Assembly (NCBI GenBank): GCA_029821755.1
Contig: JALGSV010000017.1
Coordinates: forward strand, 7,429-71,428
Length of the DNA stretch: 64,000 bases
Direction of reading: 5' to 3'
From: Candidatus Zipacnadum vermilionense
Lineage (GTDB): Bacteria; Armatimonadota; Zipacnadia; Zipacnadales; Zipacnadaceae
The notes beneath the pieces are model-generated. The model was not told the origin of the DNA, ran no database searches, and saw only the letters and a program-made list of their open reading frames with translations. Position numbers and translations under genes: made by a program. Shown piece after piece: positions 38,199-47,800 of the stretch; positions within the stretch are counted from its first letter, which is position 1, and each line of letters opens with the position of its first letter.

Positions 38199-39248
38199 AT
38201 GTCAGAGGTCATGGGCGCTGCTGTTGTTGGAATGGGCTGGGCTGCGGGGGAGCACTTCAAGGCCTACCAGAATAACCCCCACACCAAGGTGCTCAATGTC
38301 TGCAGCCGGACCAAGGCCGGCGCGGAGGCCAAACTGCAGGAGCTGTGCGCGGATACGGACGTGGAGGGCGTACTGGCCTGCGAGACTATCGAGGAAATCC
38401 TGGGCGATCCGGAGATCAAGATCGTCTCTATCTGTTCCCCGCCCAGTTGCCATGTGGAACAGGTCCTGCAGGCCGCTCGGGCCGGCAAGCACATTGTCCT
38501 GGAGAAGCCGGTGGCGCTGAACGTGCCTGACTTGCGCCGCTTGCAGCAGGCCGTCGCCGAGGCCGGCGTCCGGGTAGCTGTGTGCCTGGAGTGCCACTAC
38601 AACCCGCAGGTGCAGGCCCTCAAGTCCATGCTCGACATGGGCCTGATTGGGGAGATCTACTACCTGGAGGGTGACTACTACCACGGCATCGGGCCCTGGT
38701 ACAAGCAGTGGCAGTGGAATACCCAGGTGGAGGAGGGCGGCAGCGCCTTGCTCTCGGCCGGCATCCACGCCCTGGACCTAGTCATGTCCTTCGCCGGGTC
38801 GGAGGTGGAGGAGGTTCATTCCTACGGCTGCCTGAGCCCCAACAACCCGCTGCAGTACACTTACCCCCCCACCTCGGTGACCATCCTGAAGTTCGCGAAC
38901 GGCGTGGTGGGCAAGTGCGCCTCGGACCTGCAGTACCGCGGGCCGTACTACTTCCCCTTCGAGATCCACGGTGAGGCGGGCACCATTCGCGACAACCAGT
39001 TCTTCGCCACCAAGCTGGAGGGCCAGAAGGATTTCGCCGCGGTGCCCACCATCATGCTCGACAGCGGGGATGTGACGCATCATCCCTACCAGGATGAGGT
39101 AGACGAGTTTGTCGAGTGCATCCGGGAGAACAAGCCCTTCCCGATCGATCTGGACTACGCGGCCAAAGCGCACGAGGTAGTCTTCGCTGCTGACCGCTCT
39201 GCGGCGGAGGGCAGGCCAGTGAAGCTGGCGGAGATCAAGGGGGAGTAG
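38199..39248 (+). CDS. Gfo/Idh/MocA family oxidoreductase
   Basis: GGAGGTG lies 9 nt upstream of ATG 38199. The N-terminal GAAVVGMGWAAGEH Rossmann motif and the EKP motif (VLEKPVA) are present. Confidence 0.8.
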   Translation: MSEVMGAAVVGMGWAAGEHFKAYQNNPHTKVLNVCSRTKAGAEAKLQELCADTDVEGVLACETIEEILGDPEIKIVSICSPPSCHVEQVLQAARAGKHIVLEKPVALNVPDLRRLQQAVAEAGVRVAVCLECHYNPQVQALKSMLDMGLIGEIYYLEGDYYHGIGPWYKQWQWNTQVEEGGSALLSAGIHALDLVMSFAGSEVEEVHSYGCLSPNNPLQYTYPPTSVTILKFANGVVGKCASDLQYRGPYYFPFEIHGEAGTIRDNQFFATKLEGQKDFAAVPTIMLDSGDVTHHPYQDEVDEFVECIRENKPFPIDLDYAAKAHEVVFAADRSAAEGRPVKLAEIKGE

Positions 39249-39262
39249 GGGGCGAGGAGCAA

Positions 39263-39296
39263 TGTTTCACGTGAAACAATTGTTTCACGTGAAACA
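39263..39296. promoter_or_regulatory. tandem perfect 16-bp palindromes TGTTTCACGTGAAACA-AT-TGTTTCACGTGAAACA (candidate operator)
   Basis: There are two identical, perfectly self-complementary 16-mers 2 nt apart. They sit in the about 190-bp AT-richer intergenic region upstream of the M16 peptidase operon. Confidence 0.5.
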
Positions 39297-39440
39297 CCGG
39301 GGAACTACCTGACGACTCACACGTTTGTACCTCCGCAGTCAGCCGAAGGCAAACTTCGGTGCTCGCGTCCTTGCGCGAAGGACGACGAACCGCTAACATG
39401 TACTCGCGGTTCGCCAATCGTCTCCAAGGAATAATCATCC

Positions 39441-40790
39441 ATGCGGCCAATGAATTGCCGAATCCTTGTGCTAATAGTTTTGCCCTTGCTCGCCCTTCCC
39501 GCGTTCGCGGCAGAGAGCCCCGCGAAGGTGCTGGACCTGTCCCATGTCCAGGACCAGACGCTGGGGAATGGGATGCGGGTGATCATCAAGTCCGAGCCCT
39601 ACTGGAAAGCGGTGGCCCTGGGGGTGGTGCTACGCACTGGGGCTAAGGACGATCCGGACGGCCAGAGCGGCCTCACCCACCTGGTCGAGCACCTGCTCTT
39701 TGAGCCCTCGCTCCCCGGCAAGTCCCTGTCGGTGGAGGTGGAGAACCTGGGCGGATTCGTGAACGCCGCCACTAGCGCCGACTTCACCCAGATCTCCCTG
39801 GCGGTGGCCAGTCAGTTTGCGCCGGACCTGATGCCGCATCTGGCCAACGCTGTCTTCGGGGCCAAGTTCACCGATGAGCAGGTGGAGGCGGAGAAGGTGA
39901 TCATCGAGCGGGAGATTCAGGACCAGAACTCCGAGGTACTGCCGCGGCTGGAGAGCATGATCTGGGACCTCGCCTTCACCACCCACCCTTACCGCTTCCC
40001 CATCGCCGGCACCAGCGAGAGCGTGGCCCAGCTCACTGCCGCTCAGGCGCGCAAGTTCTACCAGGAGCACTACGTTGCCGGGAACATGGCTCTGATCGCG
40101 GTGGGAGACCTGGACCCCACCTCCTTCTTTGCCCTGGCCCGGCAGCATTTCGGGGGATATCCCAAGCAGGACCGACCCGCCGAGAATCTTCCGGTCGAGC
40201 CGGAGCAGATCGCCGCTCGCACCCGCATCGTCAACCTGGGAGTGGCCAACACGGTCATCCGCTACGCCTGGCGCGTGCCGGGGATTAGCGACAAGCCGGG
40301 CGTCTGTGCCATGGACCTGATGTACACCGCGCTGGACCGGGGCGAGACCAGCCTGCTGAGCAAGGCCCTGGAGCAGAGCCGGCTGGCGCTCGACTCCCGC
40401 TGCAGCTTCCTGACCCACAAATACCCGGGGCTGTTCATGATTACGGTGATCACTCCGCCGGACAAGGAGCTGGAGGCCCGCGGGGCGGTGCTGGCGACGG
40501 TAGCCAGCCTACGCGACAAGCAGTTCTCCGACGAGGAACTGCGTTACCTGAAGAAGCTGCTGTACGCCGACTATGCTTTCTCCAACCAGAGCTACCCGGA
40601 TCAGGTGGGGTCGCTGGCCTTCTACGAGGCCATTGACAGCTACAGGTTCGCTACCAGCTACTTGACCTACACCAACGCGGTCACGGCGGAGCAGATCCAG
40701 GCCGCGGCGAGCAAATACCTGCGCGATGACAACTACAACCTGGTGATCATCCGGCCGCTGCAGCGCGAGCCGGGAGGGGAGCCGGTGTAG
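39441..40790 (+). CDS. M16-family (pitrilysin/insulinase) zinc peptidase, catalytic subunit, secreted
   Basis: Signal peptide MRPMNCRILVLIVLPLLALPAFA. The inverted zinc motif HxxEH is in GLTHLVEHLLFE. The downstream Glu (EREIQD region) is also present. Confidence 0.8.
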   Translation: MRPMNCRILVLIVLPLLALPAFAAESPAKVLDLSHVQDQTLGNGMRVIIKSEPYWKAVALGVVLRTGAKDDPDGQSGLTHLVEHLLFEPSLPGKSLSVEVENLGGFVNAATSADFTQISLAVASQFAPDLMPHLANAVFGAKFTDEQVEAEKVIIEREIQDQNSEVLPRLESMIWDLAFTTHPYRFPIAGTSESVAQLTAAQARKFYQEHYVAGNMALIAVGDLDPTSFFALARQHFGGYPKQDRPAENLPVEPEQIAARTRIVNLGVANTVIRYAWRVPGISDKPGVCAMDLMYTALDRGETSLLSKALEQSRLALDSRCSFLTHKYPGLFMITVITPPDKELEARGAVLATVASLRDKQFSDEELRYLKKLLYADYAFSNQSYPDQVGSLAFYEAIDSYRFATSYLTYTNAVTAEQIQAAASKYLRDDNYNLVIIRPLQREPGGEPV

Positions 40791-42208
40791 TGGGAGGCAG
40801 GAAACGGGAGAAATCGCGAGGCGCGAGAGGCCGGCCGGGAGGGGGGAGTGCAGCCAAGCGGGGGGTTCTGCTGGGATTGCTGCTGCTCCTGGCCTCCCCG
40901 GTCTGGGCTCAGCCGGTGGCGAGGGCGCGGCCGCCGATGGTGGTGCTTTCCAACGGGCTGCGGGTGCTGGGGTATGAGGACTGCTCTACCAGTCTGGTGG
41001 GGGTCTTTCTGGCCCTGAAGGTGGGCGCCTCGGCGGAAGGGTCGGACCTGAGCGGGGCGCGGGACCTGCTGCAAGATGCCTTCCGCTGGTCCCTAGATAG
41101 GAAGCTGCACAGCGACGCCAAGTACCTCAACCTGACCTCGGCGCTACTGGTGGGGCGGGGGCTGAGCCTGGGGACGGAGTGGGAGTACCTGTCACTAAGG
41201 GCGCTGTGCCCGCGCTCGGAACTGGGGCCGCTGCTGACACTGCTGGGGCAGGTCATCTTCCGCGATCCGCTCACGGCTGAGGCGGTAGCCGCCGCGAAAC
41301 AGCAGTTGGCGCGGCAGGGGGAGATCTACCAGACCAACCCGGCTGAGGCGACTTACTACCTCTTCCGCCGCGCGATGCTGGGGCCGGAGATACCGGCGCG
41401 ACCGGTGTATGCCGATCCGCAACGGGTGGTGGCGCTGAGCCTCCCGGCCCTGGAGGCCTTCCGGACCAAGTGGTTTGTGCCCGGCAAGGCGCTGTTGGTG
41501 CTGGCGGGGCCGGGTCAGCCGGAGCAGTTGGTGGCGGAGGCAGTGGAGGCGCTGATGGCGGCGCCCAAGACCGAGGCGCCCTCGGGGTGGCCGCCGCATT
41601 TCTCCTTGCAGCCCTCCAAAGTACAGGTGGCGACCAATCCACGGCTGCAGCAGGGCGACCGGGGCGTGAGCTCCCTGATCGTGGGCTACCGCTTGCCGCC
41701 GGCGGCCGATGCGGACTATCCCGCAAGCCTGGTGCTGTATGAGATGCTCGCCGGCAAGACGGGGATATTGCTTACCGACCAAAGGCTGCGGGAGGCGCTG
41801 ACTGCAACCACCGTGGCCCAGCCGGCCGGGGTGGCGCTGCCGCTGCAGATGCTGCCGCCGGCGCCCTCAGCGGCGCCCTACATGGCAGTGCACATCCAGA
41901 CCGACCCAGCTCGCGTCGGGGCGGTACACGAGGCGCTGAGGCAAGCCTTTGCCAGCGTGGCGACGAAGAGTAAGGACCCGGCGGCGGTGCAGCGGGGCAA
42001 GCAGCGCGCCCTGAGCGCGCAGGCGCTGGCGGGCCTGAACCAGGGCGGCCGGGCGCGGCGCCTGGGAGAATGGGCGCTGTTCGCGCCGGCGCGGGACGAC
42101 CTGCGGGGCTTGCCCAAGCGGATCGAGGCGGTGATGGCAGAGGACCTGCAGAGGGTGGCCAGGCGGTGTCTGATAAGAGAATACGTGGGGCTGCAAATGC
42201 CTGAATGA
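40790..42208 (+). CDS. M16-family peptidase, non-catalytic (inactive) subunit
   Basis: Translationally coupled (TAGTG overlap). It has the M16 fold but lacks HxxEH. It has a positively charged N-terminus followed by a hydrophobic signal segment. The exact start is uncertain. Confidence 0.65.
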   Translation: MGGRKREKSRGARGRPGGGSAAKRGVLLGLLLLLASPVWAQPVARARPPMVVLSNGLRVLGYEDCSTSLVGVFLALKVGASAEGSDLSGARDLLQDAFRWSLDRKLHSDAKYLNLTSALLVGRGLSLGTEWEYLSLRALCPRSELGPLLTLLGQVIFRDPLTAEAVAAAKQQLARQGEIYQTNPAEATYYLFRRAMLGPEIPARPVYADPQRVVALSLPALEAFRTKWFVPGKALLVLAGPGQPEQLVAEAVEALMAAPKTEAPSGWPPHFSLQPSKVQVATNPRLQQGDRGVSSLIVGYRLPPAADADYPASLVLYEMLAGKTGILLTDQRLREALTATTVAQPAGVALPLQMLPPAPSAAPYMAVHIQTDPARVGAVHEALRQAFASVATKSKDPAAVQRGKQRALSAQALAGLNQGGRARRLGEWALFAPARDDLRGLPKRIEAVMAEDLQRVARRCLIREYVGLQMPE

Positions 42209-42265
42209 CGGCAGGCCCAACGACAGGCACAGGGACAGGCACAACGGCAGCGGGAAACGGCGGGA

Positions 42266-42310
42266 GCCTCACCTCCTGCCCCCTCTCCTTGCAGGAGAGG
42301 GGGAGCCTGG
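42266..42310. repeat. GC-rich hairpin repeat, family 1, copy 3 (CCCCCTCTCC-TTGCA-GGAGAGGGGG), terminator-like
   Basis: Perfect 10-bp stem. The flank GCCTCACCTCCTGCCCCCTCTCC is shared with copy 4. Confidence 0.6.
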
Positions 42311-42369
42311 GAAGGGCTCCCAACTCCCAACTCGCGACTCGCGACTTTCGATTCCCCCGGAGGGCAGCT

Positions 42370-42825
42370 ATGATCGACGGAGTTGTCATCAAGCCACTGA
42401 AGGTGCACGCAGACGACCGCGGGTACTTAATGGAGATTCTTCGGGATGACGAGGAGCTGTTTGAGGGTTTTGGGCAGGTGTATGTGACTACCTGCTATCC
42501 GGGCGTGGTCAAGGCCTGGCATGCGCATACCCGGCAGACCGATCACCTGGCATGCGTCTCCGGGACGATGAAGGTAGGGCTGTTTGACGACCGGCCGGAG
42601 TCACCCACGCGGGGGGAGGTCATGAGCCTAGTGCTGGGGCTGGTGCGGCCGGCGTTGGTGCGGGTGCCGCCGGGGATCTGGCACGGCTTTACGGCGGTGG
42701 GGGGCGAGACGGCCATGCTGCTGAATGTGCCGACGGAGCACTACGACTACCAGCAGCCGGATGAACTACGGCGCGACCTCTTCGACCCGGAGATACCGTT
42801 TGAGTGGATCACGAAGGGAGGGTAG
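42370..42825 (+). CDS. RmlC-like cupin (dTDP-sugar epimerase / 3,4-ketoisomerase-like)
   Basis: GGAGGG lies 5 nt upstream. The sequence has YVTTCYPGVVKAWHAHTRQTDHLACVSG and the other cupin His residues. Confidence 0.6.
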   Translation: MIDGVVIKPLKVHADDRGYLMEILRDDEELFEGFGQVYVTTCYPGVVKAWHAHTRQTDHLACVSGTMKVGLFDDRPESPTRGEVMSLVLGLVRPALVRVPPGIWHGFTAVGGETAMLLNVPTEHYDYQQPDELRRDLFDPEIPFEWITKGG

Positions 42826-42860
42826 GAGGGCTGGCCGAGTCGGCTCGATCAGGCACCCGT

Positions 42861-43709
42861 ATGGCACGCAAGCGGTCCACCGACGAGACCCCCGAGGCCC
42901 TCACCCGGCTTGCCCACCTCTACCTCTACGACGAGCCGGAGGCGCCGGGGCTGGATGTGGACTACCTGGGCCGCTATCTGGCCGCGGTGCTGCCTACCTG
43001 TGAGGCCCATCCCCGCACTGACTTCCTCACCCACCACCTGGCCCGCTTCAGCGAAGAGCAGCGTGAGACACTCGGCGAGCAACTGCTGGGACAGTTCCAG
43101 CGGGCGCGGGTGGACAACCTGGCGCCGCCAGGCCTACGGAAGAACCTCCCCGCCGAAGACCCCACCGAGGCCGGCTGGGACGAGGTCTACGATGGCCCCT
43201 CGCTACAGGCTGTCCTGCACCTGCTGATCCCCCCCGAGGAATCCCACCTTAGCGAGCTGCACCTTTCCCTGACCAGTTTGCGGCTGGGGCTGTGGCCGGC
43301 TGCCGACCAATCCTTCCGCCTGAGCCCGGCCCTCTTCGGCGAGCCCAATCTCTTGTCTCTGACCAGTCTGCTCGAGGGCCCGGAGGTCTCGCGGGAGTAT
43401 GAGTTCATGCGGGCGCAGATGGCGATGTTCGGGCTGGAGGAGGGGTTGGAGGCGGTAGAGGATCGCTTCGCTCCGCGGATGCTGGCGGAGGGGGACCCGC
43501 GGTTGAACGAGGTGGTTAAGGGGTTGCTGCTGCAAGCCGTATTCTACCGGCTGTTTGGGGAGGCCTTCTGCCCGGGTCCGGCGTGTCGGCTACACAACGC
43601 GACCACGCAGGAAGAACTCCTGGAGGCGCAGACCGGTCCCGGAGCGGGGCTGTGCGAGAGGCACCGGGAGTGGCTGTGGGCGGTGGAAGGGGCGCCGGAG
43701 AGGGCTTGA
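42861..43709 (+). CDS. hypothetical protein (282 aa)
   Basis: The ORF is coherent with the C-terminal CPGPAC...LCERH cysteines. No family is assigned. It may start at GTG 42804 instead. Confidence 0.4.
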   Translation: MARKRSTDETPEALTRLAHLYLYDEPEAPGLDVDYLGRYLAAVLPTCEAHPRTDFLTHHLARFSEEQRETLGEQLLGQFQRARVDNLAPPGLRKNLPAEDPTEAGWDEVYDGPSLQAVLHLLIPPEESHLSELHLSLTSLRLGLWPAADQSFRLSPALFGEPNLLSLTSLLEGPEVSREYEFMRAQMAMFGLEEGLEAVEDRFAPRMLAEGDPRLNEVVKGLLLQAVFYRLFGEAFCPGPACRLHNATTQEELLEAQTGPGAGLCERHREWLWAVEGAPERA

Positions 43710-43716
43710 GAGGGAA

Positions 43717-43765
43717 GCCTCACCCCCTTGCCCCCTCTCCCTCGCCGGGCTCGGGAGGAGGGGGT
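43717..43765. repeat. GC-rich hairpin repeat, family 1, copy 4
   Basis: GCCTCACCCCCTTGCCCCCTCTCCC-(11 nt loop)-GGGAGGAGGGGG. It lies between convergent genes. Confidence 0.55.
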
Positions 43766-43827
43766 GTCGGGGAAGGGGAGGCAGCGGTCCGGGGCGACAG
43801 ACAGCGCCCCGGCGGACCGGGCGGGCG

Positions 43828-44628
43828 TCAGTCCCCAGAGGTCCCGACTGTATTCCTCAGAGTGCCGATCCCCTCCAGGCTGACCTCCACCACATCCCCC
43901 TGCTTTAGGAAGACCGGCGGGGTGCGTTTGTAGCCTACACCAGGCGGAGTGCCGGTCATGATGACCGTGCCGGGGCGGAGGGTGGTGATCTGGGAGAGGT
44001 AGGTGATCAGTTGGCGGCAGGAGAAGATCATGTCCTGGGTGTTGCCGTCCTGCATGGTCTGGCCGTTGAGGGTCAGGGAGACGGTGGCCTGGTCGGGATC
44101 GACGTCGGTCTCGATCCACGGGCCGAGGGGGCAGAAGGTTTCGAAGGACTTGGCGCGGGCCCACTGCCGGTCGAGGCGGAACTGGCAGTCGCGGGCGGTG
44201 ACGTCGTTGCCGCAGGTAGAGCCGAGGAGGTAGTCGAGGGCCTCCTCCTCAGAGATCTGGTGGCAGGAACGACCGATGACGAGGGCCAGCTCGGCCTCGT
44301 AGTCGACCTCGTCGGGGGCTAGGGCGGGGAGGCGGATCGCGTCGCCGGGACCAAGGACCGAGCTGGTGGCCTTGAGGAAGACAACCGGAGCGGTGGGCGC
44401 GGCCATCTCGATTTCCTGGGCATGAGCGCGGTAGTTGAGGCCGATGGCCCAGATCTCGGGCGGGGCGACGGGGGCCAACAGGCGGCAGTCGGCGAGGGGG
44501 TAGTCGGGGCCAGTCGGGTCCAGGTCTTCCCAGGGGCGACCGGGGAGGGAGTGGATGGTCTCTCCCTCTAATAAGCCATAGAGGACAGTGTCGGCAAGGG
44601 CAAAGCGGACGATCTTCAGCGGGATCAC
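43828..44628 (-). CDS. fumarylacetoacetate-hydrolase (FAH) family protein
   Basis: The FAH-domain pattern is IVRFALADTVLYGLLEG...GLNYRAHAQE...EAELALVIGR...GPWI. The start is taken as GTG 44628. The upstream part of the track ORF covers the repeat element and is probably untranslated. Confidence 0.7.
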   Translation of the reverse strand: MIPLKIVRFALADTVLYGLLEGETIHSLPGRPWEDLDPTGPDYPLADCRLLAPVAPPEIWAIGLNYRAHAQEIEMAAPTAPVVFLKATSSVLGPGDAIRLPALAPDEVDYEAELALVIGRSCHQISEEEALDYLLGSTCGNDVTARDCQFRLDRQWARAKSFETFCPLGPWIETDVDPDQATVSLTLNGQTMQDGNTQDMIFSCRQLITYLSQITTLRPGTVIMTGTPPGVGYKRTPPVFLKQGDVVEVSLEGIGTLRNTVGTSGD

Positions 44629-44680
44629 CTCGGGAGTGTGGCGGGCCTCTGGGATTGTGTCCAAGAACGCCCTTCTCTGC

Positions 44681-44760
44681 TCCGCGTGGCGCGGGCTTTC
44701 TAGCCCGCGCCCGGCAAATATGCGGCTCGGAGGGCCGGCTAGAAAGCCCGCCCCACGCGG
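44681..44760. repeat. family-2 palindromic repeat: inverted 25-bp arms CCGCGTGGCGCGGGCTTTCTAGCCC / GGGCTAGAAAGCCCGCCCCACGCGG around a 28-bp core; a partial copy occurs at 10631-10675
   Basis: The right half (ATATGCGGC..GGA..GGGC.GGCTAGAAAGCCCGCCCCACGCGGA) is nearly identical to 10631-10675. It is intergenic between divergent genes. Confidence 0.65.
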
Positions 44761-44891
44761 AGGCGGCTCCTTAGGCACATTCCTACTTCTTCCCCGTACC
44801 CCACCCCTCGCACCTCCCCGCGCAAAGGACTGCGTTGCCCCGGCGTCGAAAGAGTCCCCAAGATACATCCCAGTCCCCAGGAGGTTCCGTC

Positions 44892-47800
44892 ATGTCCCGG
44901 ATAGCGACTTGCTTACTGCTCGCGCTGCTGGTGGGGGGAGTGCAGGCGGAGGATTTCGAGTCAGGACTGCTGATGAACTGGGGCATTCCCGGCCGCAATA
45001 TGGGGGGGACGAAGATGCCGGAGGGTGGCTCCGTGCGGCTGGCCGACGCCCGGCGAGGGGAGCCCGTGCATGGGGGGCGGTTTGCCCTGCGCGCCGAAGC
45101 CGCGGACCAGACAGTGGCGCTCACACCGGTCAACCGCGTCGCCCTGAGCGACTCCCCCGACGGCCGTTGGCTGGCGGAGGGTTGGGTGCTGGTGGAGCGG
45201 GGGCAACTTTTCACCAACTCGTATCACTTCAACAGTGACGGCGGATACGTGGGGGAGTTGCAGTGGTTCTTCAAGGCGGCGCCGGAGTGGCAGCATGTGA
45301 GAATCGTGGTGGGGCCGCCGGGGAGCGCGGTTGACGCGCCGTTGCGGCCGGGCGGGGTGTCGTTCAGTTGGCCGCTGAACATCCAGCCGCAGAGCGTCAT
45401 CTACTTCGACGATTTCACCATCGAGCCGCTGGACGCGAGCGAGATCAAGGTACTCGACTCCGGTTGGAAGCGGGCGGACGGGAAAACGGCGGTCCAGGTG
45501 CAAGTGACGTTGCGGGAGGTGGGGGACTGCCCGCAGTTGGAGATGGCGGGGCCGAACCGCAATGTCTGGCCGGCGGAGGCAGAGCTTTCGGAGCTGCCCG
45601 TCGCCCCGCGGGCGGGGGTGGAGGTGGCGCTGCGGCTGGACCGACAGAACCTGGACACCGTGGAGCCGGCGGTGGCGACGACGGACGCGGAGGGCCAGGC
45701 GACCTTCACGGTGCGGGCGACGCACAGCGGTACGGTCAAGGCGCAAGCCTACTCGCCCGCCCCGGCGGGGCGACCATACGGGGAGCCGCTGAGCAGCCAA
45801 ACGGCGACGCTGACCTGGGCGGAGCCGGGGGCGGCCGTGGCGATTGAGGATCTGACGGGCCATAACTGGCCGCCGCAGTTGGTCCAGTACCGGATGGCCT
45901 GGGAGCCGGGGGCGGCGCATCCGGAGGGCGTGAGAGCGCAGGACGAAGCAGGCCAGACTCTGGCGACGCAACTGGAGGACGTAGTCAAGCATCCGGATGG
46001 GAGCTTAGCCTCGGCGCTGGTGGGGTGGATCGCGAGCGTTCCTGCCAACGGGACCGCCCGGTACACGGTAGCCGCGCAGCCGGTGAAGACGTACAAGCCG
46101 GCGCCGCAGCCCGAGACGGACCTGAAGGTCGCCCAGGGAGGAAACCTGGAGATCGCCACCGACAAGATTGCCCTGCGCCTGCCGTCGGCGCCGCTCGTCG
46201 TGGAGACGCCCCAGACGGAGGGGATACCGGCGCCGATACTGGCAGTGCGGGGGCGGTCGGGGGCGTGGTTGGGAAGGGGATGGATGGAGCTGCCGGGAGG
46301 GGTCACGCGGGTGACGCCGGAATTGCGGGCGAGCGGGCCCGTCTTCGCGGACTACCATGTGGAGTACGAGGGGCCGGCAGGGCGGTACCTGGTGGACATC
46401 CGCATGGTCACCGGGAGTGAGGTGGCATTAGTCAGCGAGCAGTACGACACCGCAGCGGGGGCCTTCAAGTTCTCCCTCTACGAGAACCTCAAACCCGACA
46501 CCGGCCGCTGGCGGGGACACAGCGCCAGCACGCAGTTCGCGCCCGACTACAAGGGGTTCTTCAGCGACCAGGAGGCGGTCTCACCGCTCAAGTACGACCG
46601 AGAGGGGGCCATCTTCGGGCTGGCCGGATGGATGACGTGGTGGCCGGACACGGGGTTCTACTGGGGCGTCTATGACAGCAATAACCCGCAGTCGGACTAC
46701 CTGGGGATCTTCCGCAGCCGGAGCGGGCAGTGGCAGAATCCGACGTGGCCGGGGGTGGAGATGGCGCAAGCCCCGGACTTGGTCGCGAGCTTCGGGCTGG
46801 GTTGCGGGAAGCGGCAGTGGGGGCTATACTCGGCAACGGCGGCGGAGGCGGTTCCGGTGAGCGGGCGGACCGCGGAATCAGGGCTGAACCGAGCGATGCT
46901 GTGCTACGGGGAGATGCCCTTGGACAAGTATAAGGACTGGATCCTGGATTGGCCGGGAGCGGACCAGGACACCTACCCGCGGATGTTCATCGCGCCGGGG
47001 GAACTGGAGGCAGTGCGGACGCGGGTACAGGCCTGGCCGGAGGGGATGAGCCGGCTGAACACGGTCTTCGGGATGTGGTCGCGGTATCTGGTAACGGAGG
47101 ATGAGAAGCTCGGGCAGGACCTGGTGAACGCGGAGGCGGGTGAGGACTACAACTGGATGGGGCTGAAGCGGCGATTGCAGTGGGATGTGACGGAATGGCT
47201 GGAAGGAGAGGGCGACTGCGGAACCGCGATGCACAATCTGCATGGGCAGATCAAGGGGCGCACCAACGCGCTGCGGTACGACGTGGTGGCCTCAGTGAAG
47301 AACATGACCCCGAAGGAGCGGCGTCAACTGCGGGCGCTAGAGGCCTTTGAATCGAGCAAGATGGCCGACCCGGACTGGGTCCCCTTCGGCACGGGTTTTC
47401 ATCTGGGCAACCCGAACATGCCGACGGCGGTGGCGGCGACGCTGGGAGTGTGCGGGGCGGCGCTGCCCTCGCATCCATATGCGCAGCAGTGGATGGACCG
47501 GGCCTACCGGTACGTGCGGGATACGGTTAACTCCTTCACGGCGTCGGGCGGAGCGTGGAACGAGTGCCCCCATTACCAGATGGACGCCTCCTTGCAGCAG
47601 ATCCTGCAACTGGCGGTGGCGCTGAAGAACGCCGGCTACGCGGACCTGTTCCAGGAGCAGAAGTTGCGCGATACCATGGCCTATGCGGCGGAGATCAGCA
47701 CGCCGCCGGACCCGCGCATTGGGATGCGGCGGCTGCCGAGCTTTGGGCACACGCCGCTCGAGTCGACCTCGCTGTGGGGGTGGATGGCCTCTCAGACGCG

